Source: a virus | Taxonomy: Duplodnaviria > Caudoviricetes | Direction: 5' to 3' (one strand) | DNA length: 64,000 nt | IMG/VR virus record: IMGVR_UViG_3300027856_000008 | Location: 804 to 64,803 of that record | Shown: piece by piece, positions 1-9,267 of the stretch | Layout of the letters: each line of letters opens with the position of its first letter | Numbering within the stretch: position 1 is the stretch's first letter | Notes under the pieces: generated by a model | The model's database searches: none | The model's input: the letters and a program-made list of their open reading frames with translations, nothing else | Told to the model about the DNA's origin: nothing | Program-made: the position numbers and the translations under genes

Positions 1-234
1 AAATTAAAATCTAAAATCATTATGAATAGTAATATTCAAGGCGCAAAACTAACTGAAAAAGTCGAATATGCATTGATTGAGATTGGCGCAGAACGATTTG
101 AAACTATCATTGATGTTAGGGTTTCATATAGAGATACATTCGGAGAGGGGCGAACTGTAATACATAGCGAAGATAAAAAGGCAATGTCAGAGATAGAACG
201 ATTAACCACAGAAATTTTATTGGAGCTTAAATAA
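1..234 (+). CDS. parA: ParA-family partition ATPase, C-terminal fragment (5' end outside the window)
   Basis: The frame is open from base 1. The C-terminus FETIIDVRVSYRDTFGEGRTV...KAMSEIERLTTEI is typical of short ParA/ParF proteins, and the gene is coupled to an RHH gene. Confidence 0.75.
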   Translation, partial: KLKSKIIMNSNIQGAKLTEKVEYALIEIGAERFETIIDVRVSYRDTFGEGRTVIHSEDKKAMSEIERLTTEILLELK

Positions 235-449
235 TGGCTGTTAAATTACCATCAAATAGAGATCACAAAAGTAAAGCTACAGATCTTCAAACTCAAGATC
301 TTGTAAGGCTTAATATCGAAATCCCATCGAAGTTAAGAAAAGAGTTAAAGCAATTTTGTACTAATAACGATACATCCATGCGTGAGCTTGTAACGGGGAT
401 CTTAACCCTATCTATGAAAGACAAGCACAAGCTAAGTTTAATTCAATGA
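234..449 (+). CDS. Ribbon-helix-helix protein, ParG/omega-like partition partner
   Basis: VRLNIEIPSKLRKELKQFC...SMRELV RHH pattern after a flexible N-terminal tail; start overlaps the parA stop (TAATG). Confidence 0.75.
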   Translation: MAVKLPSNRDHKSKATDLQTQDLVRLNIEIPSKLRKELKQFCTNNDTSMRELVTGILTLSMKDKHKLSLIQ

Positions 450-754
450 GACCATACCAGCATTATAGGCTTAGACATAGAAAACCTAAGCCTTGTTCAT
501 TAATAGAGTGGACTGAATCATTTAATTGTTACAACAGGTATATAAGGCAAACACATTTACCAAATTACCATGTAAGCACTGTTTTTTTAGGCTTAGAGCA
601 TATAGGTGGTATGTTTGAAACGATTATCTTTAGTAAGCTAGATAATGATCTTGATGGTTATATAATACGGTCAGAAACGCATAGGGGAGCTTTAAAAAAC
701 CATTTAGATTTTAAAAAAATGATTAAATTAAAAACGAAGATAAATCAACATTAA
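446..754 (+). CDS. Phage hypothetical protein
   Basis: ORF coupled to the upstream gene; VSTVFLGLEH..MFETIIF motif. Confidence 0.55.
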   Translation: MRPYQHYRLRHRKPKPCSLIEWTESFNCYNRYIRQTHLPNYHVSTVFLGLEHIGGMFETIIFSKLDNDLDGYIIRSETHRGALKNHLDFKKMIKLKTKINQH

Positions 755-771
755 ACAAAAAGGGTTAGAAA

Positions 772-1077
772 ATGAAAAAAGTAATATTAAGCACAATCGC
801 AGTATTGGCATTATCTGGTTGTGCGGTTCAAAAAAATTGGGCTGGTTCTGGCGGCTCAAAATCTGATGGTATCGTTAAAATGTCTTATACATATGGCTAT
901 ATGGAGGCACCCAAAACAGACGCAGCACAGGGGCTTAAAAAAGCCGTGGCACGTTGTAAAAATTGGGGTTACCAATCAGCCGTGGCTTTTGAGTTTGTTA
1001 ATAAAAAATGCAATGTCTTTAGCGTACAATACGGGTGTACCGAGCATGTTGTAACTCAAGAATACCAATGCGAATAA
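772..1077 (+). CDS. YecR-family lipoprotein
   Basis: Lipobox LSGC; GGSKSDGIVKMSY, ARCKNWGY and terminal YQC match the YecR pattern. Confidence 0.8.
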   Translation: MKKVILSTIAVLALSGCAVQKNWAGSGGSKSDGIVKMSYTYGYMEAPKTDAAQGLKKAVARCKNWGYQSAVAFEFVNKKCNVFSVQYGCTEHVVTQEYQCE

Positions 1078-1176
1078 TTAAAAATATTGTAATTTTTAAG
1101 TTTTAATTCTATACCTAAACACTCAATATAATTAATTTAACCAATTGATAATTTGAAAAAATGAAGGGGTTTAAAG

Positions 1177-1515
1177 GTGAAACTTTTAATATTAGTTTTA
1201 GCAACAGGTGTATTAATATTAGGTTGTGCGGCTAATATAGAAAAGAAAGATCCTATTAAACCAAATAAAAGCTTGGTAAGTGTTAATTATGATATTCGAT
1301 CAAGTGAATCAATAGAGAAATACCATGCACTTTCACAGATGAAAGCAAACGAAGTCTGTAAAACATGGGGCAATTTCTCCGGTGTTCGATTAGGTATACC
1401 AAAAATTAAATGTTTAAAGTTTGGTTTTGATAGATGCCAAATTATGAATGTAACACAGCGTTATGAATGTAAATCATTAAAGGACACTTATGAAGATTTT
1501 ATGCGAGACTTGTAA
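1177..1515 (+). CDS. Second, diverged YecR-like lipoprotein
   Basis: Lipobox ILGC; ANEVCKTWG...C...C...TQRYEC has the same Cys layout as 772..1077. Confidence 0.6.
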   Translation: MKLLILVLATGVLILGCAANIEKKDPIKPNKSLVSVNYDIRSSESIEKYHALSQMKANEVCKTWGNFSGVRLGIPKIKCLKFGFDRCQIMNVTQRYECKSLKDTYEDFMRDL

Positions 1516-1678
1516 GGTGGAAACCGAGCATACTATTGAAACAAAGCAAGAGCCGTGGATGAATGAAGATATTCAAGACGAGGATCTAAGTGATAGCCAA
1601 ATGATCGCTCGTATGAATCGAGATAATATAACCATAACAACTTGCACAGAATGTTTTTCAGAAGTCGAAGAAATGTAA
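1490..1678 (+). CDS. Small zinc-ribbon hypothetical protein
   Basis: Two CxxC motifs (CETC, CTEC). Confidence 0.5.
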   Translation: MKILCETCKVETEHTIETKQEPWMNEDIQDEDLSDSQMIARMNRDNITITTCTECFSEVEEM

Positions 1679-1701
1679 TACAGATTTTCCTTGTCCTTAC
1701 T

Positions 1702-1723
1702 AAGCCCCTAACGGGGCTTTTTT
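1702..1723 (+). terminator. Rho-independent terminator
   Basis: AAGCCCC-taac-GGGGCTT followed by a T run. Confidence 0.85.
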
Positions 1724-1741
1724 ATGCCCAAAATTTTAATT

Positions 1742-1753
1742 GTCTATACTTAT
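1742..1753 (+). promoter_or_regulatory. Putative late promoter, sigmaS-like -10 (GTCTATACTT)
   Basis: CTATACT motif that recurs before structural genes. Confidence 0.55.
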
Positions 1754-1784
1754 CTTACTTTTCATTTTTTCAAATTATCATTTT

Positions 1785-2246
1785 ATGAGTATAACATTAT
1801 CGAAAAATCGCCTTGCTACTATGGAGCAGCGGGGCATAAAAGTGGGTAGACCTACAAAGTACACAAAGCATATCGCTAAGATCTTGCCGTATATGTTTAT
1901 TAATGGCGAAAGTGTTGCCGAGGTTTGCGTTCAGTTGGGTATTTGTAAAGATACTTTTTATAATTGGCGAAAGGAACATAAGGAATTTTCGGACTCCTAT
2001 AAAAGAGGTTTAACGTATTCCGAAGCATGGTGGACTGTACTTGGTAGGCTTGGCGCAGCAGGAAAAGAGGATATAAATGCGGCTACTTGGATCTTTAATA
2101 TGAAAAATAGATTCAATTGGCTTGATAAAGTCGAGTCGAAAATTGAGGTTTCACAGTTACCAGAAATACAGGTGATTATGCCAGTGGGATTTGTGCCAGA
2201 AACCGAAGAAGAATATCAAGAAAAGAAAACTGATATTGACGAGTAA
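1785..2246 (+). CDS. terS: Terminase small subunit
   Basis: GRPTKY start, HTH (SVAEVCVQLGICKDTFYNW) and WIFNMKNRFNW; immediately upstream of terL. ATG 1785 chosen over TTG 1740. Confidence 0.85.
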   Translation: MSITLSKNRLATMEQRGIKVGRPTKYTKHIAKILPYMFINGESVAEVCVQLGICKDTFYNWRKEHKEFSDSYKRGLTYSEAWWTVLGRLGAAGKEDINAATWIFNMKNRFNWLDKVESKIEVSQLPEIQVIMPVGFVPETEEEYQEKKTDIDE

Positions 2247-2251
2247 AAGCT

Positions 2252-3496
2252 ATGGCAATTCAAATACTGCCGTCTATGTCACAGGCAAGCTTTATCAATT
2301 CACTGGCTACGTTTCCTTTGTTTGTTGGTGGCTATGGTAGCGGTAAAACATGGGCGGGAACATTAAGGGCTTTAATACTTAAATTAAAATGTCCTAATCA
2401 GAATATTGGCTATTACTTGCCGACTTATGATCTGGTAAATCAGATCGGCTATCCGAGATTTGTTGAGCTATTAGAATTATATGGGTTGCCTTATGACTTG
2501 AATAAACAAAATCACGTTATAAAAATAAGGGGCGCGGGATCAATAATATTTAGGAACATGGATAATCCCGATAGAATAATAGGCTATGAACACGCACACG
2601 CAATAACTGATGAAATAGATACCTTAAAACTTGAAAAAGCAAAAGCATGTTGGAATAAAATTGTAGCCCGTAATAGGCAAAAATGCCCTGTTAAAAATAC
2701 GATCGCCAGCGTTACCACACCAGAAGGGTTTAATTTTACTTATGAAAGATGGGGTAAAACCCAAAGTCTCAAATACCGCTATTATAGAGCGTCCACATAC
2801 GAAAATTTAGCAAACTTGCCCGATGATTATATTGAAAATATGCGTGAAACATACGAGCCACAGTTGCTCGATGCTTATCTCAGGGGGTTATGGGTTAACC
2901 TAAAATCAGGTCGCGTTTATTATAATTTTGATAGGATGTTAAATCACAGCAATAGAACCCTAAAGCCAAATGAACCAGTACACATAGGAATGGATTTTAA
3001 CGTTGAACGTATGGCGGCAGTAATACACGTTATAGAGCGTGGTTTCCCGATAGCCGTGGACGAGATACATCATGCTTTTGATACAAGGGCCATAATATTA
3101 ATTATCAAGCAAAGATTTCACGGGCATCCCATAACTATATATCCCGATGCTAGTAGCCAAAATAGGCACTCAGCAAACGCAAGCGAGACAGACTTACAAA
3201 TGCTTAGGTTGGCTGGATTCAACGTTAAACACAATTACAGAAACCCATTTATTCAAGATAGAGTTAATTCTATGAATTCTATGTTTTTGAATGACTTTGG
3301 CGATAGACGTTATTTAGTTAATACTAATACATGCTCCCATTATACCAGCCTATTAGAACAGCAAGCATATGATAAAAACGGTTTACCAGAAAAAGATGGT
3401 AGAGAAGATCCCCTCGATGCCGCAGGTTACTTTATAACTACTGAATACCCTATCTTAAAACCTGCTACTGGCACTCATGGCGTAAGGTTAATTTAA
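2252..3496 (+). CDS. terL: Terminase large subunit
   Basis: Walker A GGYGSGKT, Walker B AITDEID, TTPEG coupling motif and RNase H-like nuclease (GMDFN...DPLDAAGY). Confidence 0.95.
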   Translation: MAIQILPSMSQASFINSLATFPLFVGGYGSGKTWAGTLRALILKLKCPNQNIGYYLPTYDLVNQIGYPRFVELLELYGLPYDLNKQNHVIKIRGAGSIIFRNMDNPDRIIGYEHAHAITDEIDTLKLEKAKACWNKIVARNRQKCPVKNTIASVTTPEGFNFTYERWGKTQSLKYRYYRASTYENLANLPDDYIENMRETYEPQLLDAYLRGLWVNLKSGRVYYNFDRMLNHSNRTLKPNEPVHIGMDFNVERMAAVIHVIERGFPIAVDEIHHAFDTRAIILIIKQRFHGHPITIYPDASSQNRHSANASETDLQMLRLAGFNVKHNYRNPFIQDRVNSMNSMFLNDFGDRRYLVNTNTCSHYTSLLEQQAYDKNGLPEKDGREDPLDAAGYFITTEYPILKPATGTHGVRLI

Positions 3497-3515
3497 AATA
3501 AGTAATACTTTTATG

Positions 3516-3594
3516 TTGACTTCAAATGATAAAGTGATAATATGAACCCATCAGAAAGAGATACCCAAAATAAATTTAAATAAGCGAGAATAAA
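3516..3594 (+). promoter_or_regulatory. Early promoter cassette 1
   Basis: TTGACT-N16-TAATAT with extended -10 TG, overlapping TGATAA octads; leader carries TAAGCGAG just before the ATG. Confidence 0.75.
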
Positions 3595-3756
3595 ATGACT
3601 GAATCACAAATCACTCAAGCAATGGCAGAAAGCGGTAAAATGACACAGCGGGATCTAATGGGTTCGATGAAAGCAAGGCATTTAGGTAAGTATGATCTGA
3701 AACTTGCCAGATCAATTGCCAAACGTTTAGTTCAAGAAATGAAAGCTTATATTTAA
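3595..3756 (+). CDS. Small 53-aa early protein (not in the ORF track), loosely like the YqeY/GatB C-terminus
   Basis: MTESQITQAMAESGKMTQRDLMGSMKARHLGKYDLKLARSIAKRLVQEMKAYI directly behind the cassette motif. Confidence 0.55.
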   Translation: MTESQITQAMAESGKMTQRDLMGSMKARHLGKYDLKLARSIAKRLVQEMKAYI

Positions 3757-3766
3757 GGGGATCAAG

Positions 3767-4105
3767 ATGGACACCATGCAAGATTTTATTAAAGATTTAG
3801 AGAATACAATTATTATTGCTAAAAAGCGTATTGAATCAGCTAAAAAAGCTATAGTTGAATACTCAAATGACGGAATGTTTGAATTAGTCCACCAGCAATC
3901 ACAGGTAGTAATGGATCTAAATGAAGTTTTAGATCATTGTCAGGAGGCACTATTAAAAAAAGATGATGAACAGCATTTACTAGTTCATTGCCTCAGTAAA
4001 ATTGAACGTAGATTATTCATGGATAATTCAAATAGAACATCAGAATCAAAATTATTTCAAAGTTGGTATGTGGATTTAACCAACATCATAGTTAAGAAAT
4101 TTTAA
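3767..4105 (+). CDS. Hypothetical protein
   Basis: ORF with AAGGGG RBS. Confidence 0.6.
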   Translation: MDTMQDFIKDLENTIIIAKKRIESAKKAIVEYSNDGMFELVHQQSQVVMDLNEVLDHCQEALLKKDDEQHLLVHCLSKIERRLFMDNSNRTSESKLFQSWYVDLTNIIVKKF

Positions 4106-4116
4106 GCGAGGGTAAT

Positions 4117-4365
4117 ATGAGCATTTTAATAGAACGTCTAACTAATAAAATAATTCAAGATACATTAAATTGCTGGTGGGCTGGTAAACATGAAGTGATC
4201 AACTTTACTGGCATTAAGAATTTACAGCAAATGGAAAACACAGCGTATATAAGCGTTATATTTCTTCATAATGGTGAAGAATTCAAAGACGATTTTATGA
4301 TCTGTATCGAGCCAAATAACACTTTGTCTATATGGGGCAACGTATCGAGTGCTAGAGCAAAATAA
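4117..4365 (+). CDS. Hypothetical protein
   Basis: ORF preceded by TAAGCGAGG. Confidence 0.6.
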   Translation: MSILIERLTNKIIQDTLNCWWAGKHEVINFTGIKNLQQMENTAYISVIFLHNGEEFKDDFMICIEPNNTLSIWGNVSSARAK

Positions 4366-4445
4366 TTAATGTATGCGGTTGAATAAACCGCATTATCCAG
4401 CTAATGTAAATATTCAGTTGTATTTTAATCCAAAGCGAAGATTAA

Positions 4446-4799
4446 ATGAAAAAGTTTTTAATTAAAGATAATGCCACTATAATTTCACTTGTTTTAAGTT
4501 TGTTATGTTTGAACGCTGCTAATAATGCCTATCAGTCAGGTGATAATTTTATATTAGCTCTTAATTCATTCGGGCTTGGAATAAATTTAGCCGCTGGTTT
4601 TTATATGTGGTTATTGAATAGGGCCGAAAAAAGAAACGAGGATCTTTTTAATAGATCTAAACATCTTGCAGAAACAACCGAAAATATATTTTGTGATATG
4701 TTTGAAACTATAAATAAACAACAAATACACATTAGAGATCTACATATAATTTTAGAGCGTATGGAGAAAAACGAAAATGATAAAAGCAAAGTTGGGTAA
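4446..4799 (+). CDS. Hypothetical membrane protein
   Basis: Two hydrophobic segments followed by a coiled-coil-like tail. Confidence 0.55.
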   Translation: MKKFLIKDNATIISLVLSLLCLNAANNAYQSGDNFILALNSFGLGINLAAGFYMWLLNRAEKRNEDLFNRSKHLAETTENIFCDMFETINKQQIHIRDLHIILERMEKNENDKSKVG

Positions 4800-4974
4800 T
4801 GGCGGGATCTTGCTCGGGTTAAGTAATGAAAATATTAAACGGTTAAAGCGGGGTATGCCAATAAAAATAAACCTTTCAGAATTGGGTTTAGAACCAAGGG
4901 AGCTTTATATTGTCCACGGTAAAACTGAAAAAGATATTATGAAAGATTTAAGAAATGGGAAGTCAGTTCACTAA
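4777..4974 (+). CDS. Hypothetical protein
   Basis: ORF overlapping the upstream gene. Confidence 0.55.
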   Translation: MIKAKLGNGGILLGLSNENIKRLKRGMPIKINLSELGLEPRELYIVHGKTEKDIMKDLRNGKSVH

Positions 4975-4991
4975 TAAAAAGGTAATAAAAA

Positions 4992-5345
4992 ATGAGCGAA
5001 GAAAAAGGGTACAAAGTAACAGAATTGTTTGGGTTTTTTGCTATTGATAAAGACGGTGACGAGGGCATTATGGCAGCACAAATGGGCGATATGATGATGC
5101 CATTAGTCGGGGCTGATAGAACAAGGATAAAGCAGTTCGGTGCTTTAGCGTTATCTATAGCCAGTGATCACAATATGAAAGTTAAACTAAAACGCTTTAG
5201 CTATATCGAAGATTTAGACATAAAAGAATTTTTAAACGAAAAACCAAAATCAATAATTTGTCCTAAATGTAAAATTGAAAGTCATAATCAGGGTGATGTT
5301 GATCACAAATTCTGTGTCAAATGTGGGTGGCATGACGAACTATAA
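4992..5345 (+). CDS. Hypothetical protein with C-terminal zinc ribbon
   Basis: CPKC...CVKC motifs. Confidence 0.6.
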   Translation: MSEEKGYKVTELFGFFAIDKDGDEGIMAAQMGDMMMPLVGADRTRIKQFGALALSIASDHNMKVKLKRFSYIEDLDIKEFLNEKPKSIICPKCKIESHNQGDVDHKFCVKCGWHDEL

Positions 5346-5355
5346 AGGAATTAAT

Positions 5356-5610
5356 ATGGCAAATGCTAAACAAGAAGATCAGATCAGGGAACTTGGCGAA
5401 TTTTTAAATGGTGTCCTTACAGAACTATATGGCGTAAAAATGGGGTTCTTTCTTAATGTAACGCCATTTAATAGTGATGTTGGTGTATGCGATTATATTA
5501 GCAATATAAGCCGAGAGACAGCCGTAGAGTTAATGAAGGAGACAATCCAAAACTTTGAAAATGATCAAGTGATCCCCGCAGCAATAAAGGGGCAAAAAAG
5601 TGAGCATTGA
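5356..5610 (+). CDS. Hypothetical protein, paralog of 13712..13948
   Basis: Shares YG..MGFFL.V.PF...I.NI.R; ATG 5356 follows AAGGA. Confidence 0.6.
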   Translation: MANAKQEDQIRELGEFLNGVLTELYGVKMGFFLNVTPFNSDVGVCDYISNISRETAVELMKETIQNFENDQVIPAAIKGQKSEH

Positions 5611-5887
5611 ACACCAGAAAAGTTTTAAGTTACACAATATAGATGCCTCGATAATATTTAGTGTTTTTGACAATAAGCTATTATTTATTCATTCACAGTT
5701 TACCTCGACACAATTTGCTTTAGATGAATTTGGTATACGGGTCGAGAAATACGATGATTTTGCACAGGTTGCTTTAATGTTTAAAGGTGGTGAGAATTAT
5801 CTATCATTATTATTTAATGGTGATGAATTCGATTCACTTGTTAAATACTTTAGAGTGTTATGCTATCCAGTACCAGTAATGTTTTAG
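5600..5887 (+). CDS. Hypothetical protein
   Basis: ORF in the cassette. Confidence 0.5.
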   Translation: MSIEHQKSFKLHNIDASIIFSVFDNKLLFIHSQFTSTQFALDEFGIRVEKYDDFAQVALMFKGGENYLSLLFNGDEFDSLVKYFRVLCYPVPVMF

Positions 5888-5900
5888 TTAAGGAAATATA

Positions 5901-6227
5901 ATGGCACATGAAACTTGTTACGGCTCAGTAAATGATTTATTAGAAAGTTCTGGTATGACGGAATTAGATAAGGTTGGTGTTATGCTCTTATGCGACAGAA
6001 TAAGAGATCAGAGCCAGTTAGACCGAAATAAAATCCTTATGTTTATAATTGAATCATCTACGCTACAACATTCCGAAACATTAGATGTTACCGCATCAGT
6101 AGCGATAACAGCGTTGGCGCAAAATTTCCCGCACCAAAGAAAATTATTAGCTAAATATATCGAGGGGATTATGAAAGGCGTGGATCATCTGGAACAAAGA
6201 ATAGAAAAGGGTCCAGATAAAAAGTAA
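5901..6227 (+). CDS. Hypothetical protein
   Basis: ORF with AAGGA RBS. Confidence 0.55.
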   Translation: MAHETCYGSVNDLLESSGMTELDKVGVMLLCDRIRDQSQLDRNKILMFIIESSTLQHSETLDVTASVAITALAQNFPHQRKLLAKYIEGIMKGVDHLEQRIEKGPDKK

Positions 6228-6270
6228 CAGCTATAATTATTATATTGTTTTTGTTTATAAGAAAATCAAT

Positions 6271-6483
6271 ATGAAAAATGAAATGTTGTTAACCCTGCTT
6301 TGTTCGGATATAGATAATATGTGCAAAGCAGCCAAATCCTACCCAAAACATTCATGCGATTTTTTAAATAAGCTTCAAGAAATGAAGGACAAACTTTTAA
6401 ATGATGAAAAATTCCTTGAACTAAGATATAAATCAACGTGTTGGTTAGAAGATAATAAAATAACAAAGGACTTTAAACAATGA
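6271..6483 (+). CDS. Hypothetical protein
   Basis: ORF coupled to the next gene. Confidence 0.45.
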   Translation: MKNEMLLTLLCSDIDNMCKAAKSYPKHSCDFLNKLQEMKDKLLNDEKFLELRYKSTCWLEDNKITKDFKQ

Positions 6484-6764
6484 AAAATACAATAAGCGAA
6501 GATGGGAAAATATCAAACGAGCCTAAATGCTCTAATACTGAATGCGGTAGGGTGTTGGATGGTTTTACAGGTATAGGTGATAAAGGAAAACCAGCGTCAG
6601 GGGATCTAACAATTTGTCTATATTGTGCCGAGATAATGGTATTTAATGATGATTTAAATCTTGAATCGCTATCTATTGAAGAATATAAATCATTGCCTAA
6701 ACATATTAGGTTTAAGATAGACAGCGCACAGAGCGCGATTGCATACCGTATAAATTCAAAATAG
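6480..6764 (+). CDS. Hypothetical zinc-binding protein
   Basis: C-x4-C and CLYC motifs (P.SGDLTICLYC). Confidence 0.55.
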   Translation: MKNTISEDGKISNEPKCSNTECGRVLDGFTGIGDKGKPASGDLTICLYCAEIMVFNDDLNLESLSIEEYKSLPKHIRFKIDSAQSAIAYRINSK

Positions 6765-6985
6765 GTATATATTTAAAAGTAGCTTTAATCTTAAGGGCTT
6801 TACTTATGGTTTATAATATCGAAGAAGAATTGGAAGGTATATTGGAAGAAATAGAAGCGAAGTATAGAAGCTTGCCTGATGATAAACAGTTGTTGGCAAA
6901 CTCACATATTATTTATTTTTTAAACCAGTTGGACGATAAAATAAATGAGTTGCTAGAAGAATAAAAAGCAAACTTACACTGCCTT

Positions 6986-7012
6986 AAAAAAAGCCTTTAA
7001 TCGGGCTTTTTT
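6986..7012 (+). terminator. Rho-independent terminator
   Basis: A-run AGCC...GGCT T-run. Confidence 0.75.
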
Positions 7013-7083
7013 ATTGCCTGTAATTTATCATTTGAAATAGTGATAAATTATCATATGAAATAGTGATAATAATTAATTTAAAG

Positions 7084-7176
7084 AAAGTAATAAAAAAAGG
7101 TTTACAAGTAATAAGTGAAGGTATACTATGAGTACATCAAAAAGAGAAACGCTAAATAAAATTAAGCGAGATAAAA
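7084..7176 (+). promoter_or_regulatory. Early promoter cassette 2
   Basis: AAAGTAATAAAAAAAGG UP tract, TTTACA-N17-TACTAT and TAAGCGAGATAAAA-ATG. Confidence 0.75.
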
Positions 7177-7332
7177 ATGAAATTACAATATAACGAATTT
7201 TGGCAAACTAAAGCGAGAGGTTCAAATGATACAGAATATCAGCTTTATTTAGAACTTGCTGACGATGGGAAAGGAATTGACTTCACAACAGGTAAACCGT
7301 TAAAAACTTATGACGAATGGTTAAATTCATAA
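7177..7332 (+). CDS. Small 51-aa early protein (not in the ORF track)
   Basis: MKLQYNEFWQTKARGSNDTEYQLYLELADDGKGIDFTTGKPLKTYDEWLNS behind the cassette motif. Confidence 0.65.
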   Translation: MKLQYNEFWQTKARGSNDTEYQLYLELADDGKGIDFTTGKPLKTYDEWLNS

Positions 7333-7349
7333 TATTAAGCGAGATAAAA

Positions 7350-8060
7350 ATGAATAAAATTAAAGAAAAAATCCAAAAATTAATGGCACTTGCCGAGGGC
7401 GCAACAAATGAGCATGAAGCAGCCAGCGCAATGTCAAAAGCTATTGGCTTAATGCAGAAATACCAGATTGAACATACTGATTTAAATAAGCCTGTAATTG
7501 TCACAGTTGAAACAAAACATACAAAACAAAAATTCAGTTCTTCGGATGCGAATCTTTGGGGTTATATAACACGCGCAATAGGGGTTTATTATGTTTATCG
7601 ACAGGGTGGCAATGGTGATAAAGGTATTAATTATTTAACGGGCTTAGAATGTGATATAGAGCTTTGTATTTATATTTATGAGGTCATAATGCGCCAGATA
7701 AATAATAAAACAGCAGCTTATAAAAAACAAAAGTGTTTAACAACGAGACAGGCAAATTCATACAGATTGGGTTTAGTTTATGGTTTTGGTCAAAGATTTG
7801 TTGAGCAGAACAAAGAAGCGCAACAAAATGCCCCAATTCAAATAAGCAGCACAGGGCAAGCAACTGGCTTAGTGTCTATTTCGACAAAGATTAAACAAGC
7901 CGAAGATTTTTTCTTGTTAGATAATGAAGAACCAGAAACATCGAGCAGGCGTAGCAATGGGGCTGGTTATGGTTCAGCAGGGGTTAGGGATAGTTCAGAT
8001 ATTAGCTATAACAAAGGCGTAAAAGGCTCTGGACAGCAAAAGCAGGTAGGGGGTTACTAA
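7350..8060 (+). CDS. DUF2786-domain protein
   Basis: KIKEKIQKLMALAEGATNEHEAASAMSKAIGLMQKYQI is the DUF2786 pattern; ATG follows TAAGCGAG. Confidence 0.8.
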   Translation: MNKIKEKIQKLMALAEGATNEHEAASAMSKAIGLMQKYQIEHTDLNKPVIVTVETKHTKQKFSSSDANLWGYITRAIGVYYVYRQGGNGDKGINYLTGLECDIELCIYIYEVIMRQINNKTAAYKKQKCLTTRQANSYRLGLVYGFGQRFVEQNKEAQQNAPIQISSTGQATGLVSISTKIKQAEDFFLLDNEEPETSSRRSNGAGYGSAGVRDSSDISYNKGVKGSGQQKQVGGY

Positions 8061-8211
8061 TGATTGAATTTTCTTATCTATGCGAACATTGGGTCACATA
8101 CAATAAAAAAACACAGGTTTTGACATTGGATGGTGAAGAAAAAGACATAACCAAATGCTCAAGATTGTTATTGAGAGATATTATTTACTGGCTATCGGTC
8201 GAGGAATAGAA

Positions 8212-8985
8212 ATGTTATTAAGAATAACTGATCACTGTAAAATGGCGTGTAATCATTGTTTTATTAATGCTACGCCCAAGGGTAAACATATGGAGTTTTC
8301 AACCTTTATGAACTCCGTTAAATTGGCAAATAAACTAGGGGCTAAGGTGTTGCTTTTATCTGGTGGAGAGCCAACAGATAACCCAAATTTTATAAAGTTT
8401 TTAAATTTTGCTACTTTGAATTTTAGCGGGATCATAACTGTTATTTCTCATGGTGCTTATATTGAAGATAAGGAGCTATGCGATAAATATTTTGGTGATT
8501 TTCCAAAGGTTCAATATCAAATAACAAATGATAAAAGATACTACCCAAAAAGGTTGAATAGGATCAGGGCTGGTAATGTTGAACGGAAATATAAAAACGT
8601 TATGTTTTGTTGGGAAATAGGGGGGGAGATATTCCCACAGGGCAGAGCCAGAAAGCATATGAAGATAACCGAAATAAATGCCAAGGTTTTGGGGCCGAGG
8701 TGCTTTAATTTAAGAAGCTTTATTCACCACCCTATGATCCCCGACATAAGCCATGCTATACAGCAACTAGAAAAGGCAGGGAAATTTTGCACACCGTCTG
8801 TAAATATAAATGGCAGTATAGCAATGGGTGAAAGTAACCAATGCCAAGAGACAATGAATATAAAAGATTCTATCTTTGATTTGACTGAAAAGGTTAAAAA
8901 TTCAAACTGTAATGATTGCGGTATGTTATCTAAATTATCTGAAACACACCACAGGGCTATAAACTTTAAATGTGAAGGGGTTTAA
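8212..8985 (+). CDS. Radical SAM protein
   Basis: CxxxCxxC (CKMACNHC), LSGGEP, extra C-terminal Cys; ATG 8212 follows GAGGA. Confidence 0.85.
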   Translation: MLLRITDHCKMACNHCFINATPKGKHMEFSTFMNSVKLANKLGAKVLLLSGGEPTDNPNFIKFLNFATLNFSGIITVISHGAYIEDKELCDKYFGDFPKVQYQITNDKRYYPKRLNRIRAGNVERKYKNVMFCWEIGGEIFPQGRARKHMKITEINAKVLGPRCFNLRSFIHHPMIPDISHAIQQLEKAGKFCTPSVNINGSIAMGESNQCQETMNIKDSIFDLTEKVKNSNCNDCGMLSKLSETHHRAINFKCEGV

Positions 8986-8987
8986 AA

Positions 8988-9173
8988 ATGCAAACAGAAT
9001 TATTAATAGATTTTATTAAGCGTGAATATGGTACACAACAAGCCTTTGCTGACGCAGAGGGAACGACAAAGCAAGCCATTAATAAAATGGTTGTTGCTGG
9101 TTATATTGTCGTTGATGGTGCGTTATACAGTAAGCGGAGGGATCTAAACCACCAGCCAGCTAATGTAATTTAA
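8988..9173 (+). CDS. Cro-like helix-turn-helix protein
   Basis: YGTQQAFADAEGTTKQAINKM HTH pattern. Confidence 0.6.
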   Translation: MQTELLIDFIKREYGTQQAFADAEGTTKQAINKMVVAGYIVVDGALYSKRRDLNHQPANVI

Positions 9174-9179
9174 TTTAAG

Positions 9180-9267
9180 AAAGTAATAAAAAAAGGTTGA
9201 CTGTGTTTCATGGTTTGGTAATATGGGTACATCAAAACGCAGCAACCTAATCTTAAGCGAGATAAAA
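9180..9267 (+). promoter_or_regulatory. Early promoter cassette 3
   Basis: UP tract, TTGACT-N16-TAATAT and TAAGCGAGATAAAA-ATG. Confidence 0.75.

Noticed and set aside
7025-7070. Fur boxes in the GATAAT-rich arrays
   Set aside because: The periodicity is 8 bp with a TTATCA-N2-TGATAA core, not the 6-bp or 7-1-7 Fur arrangement. Kept only as an alternative explanation.
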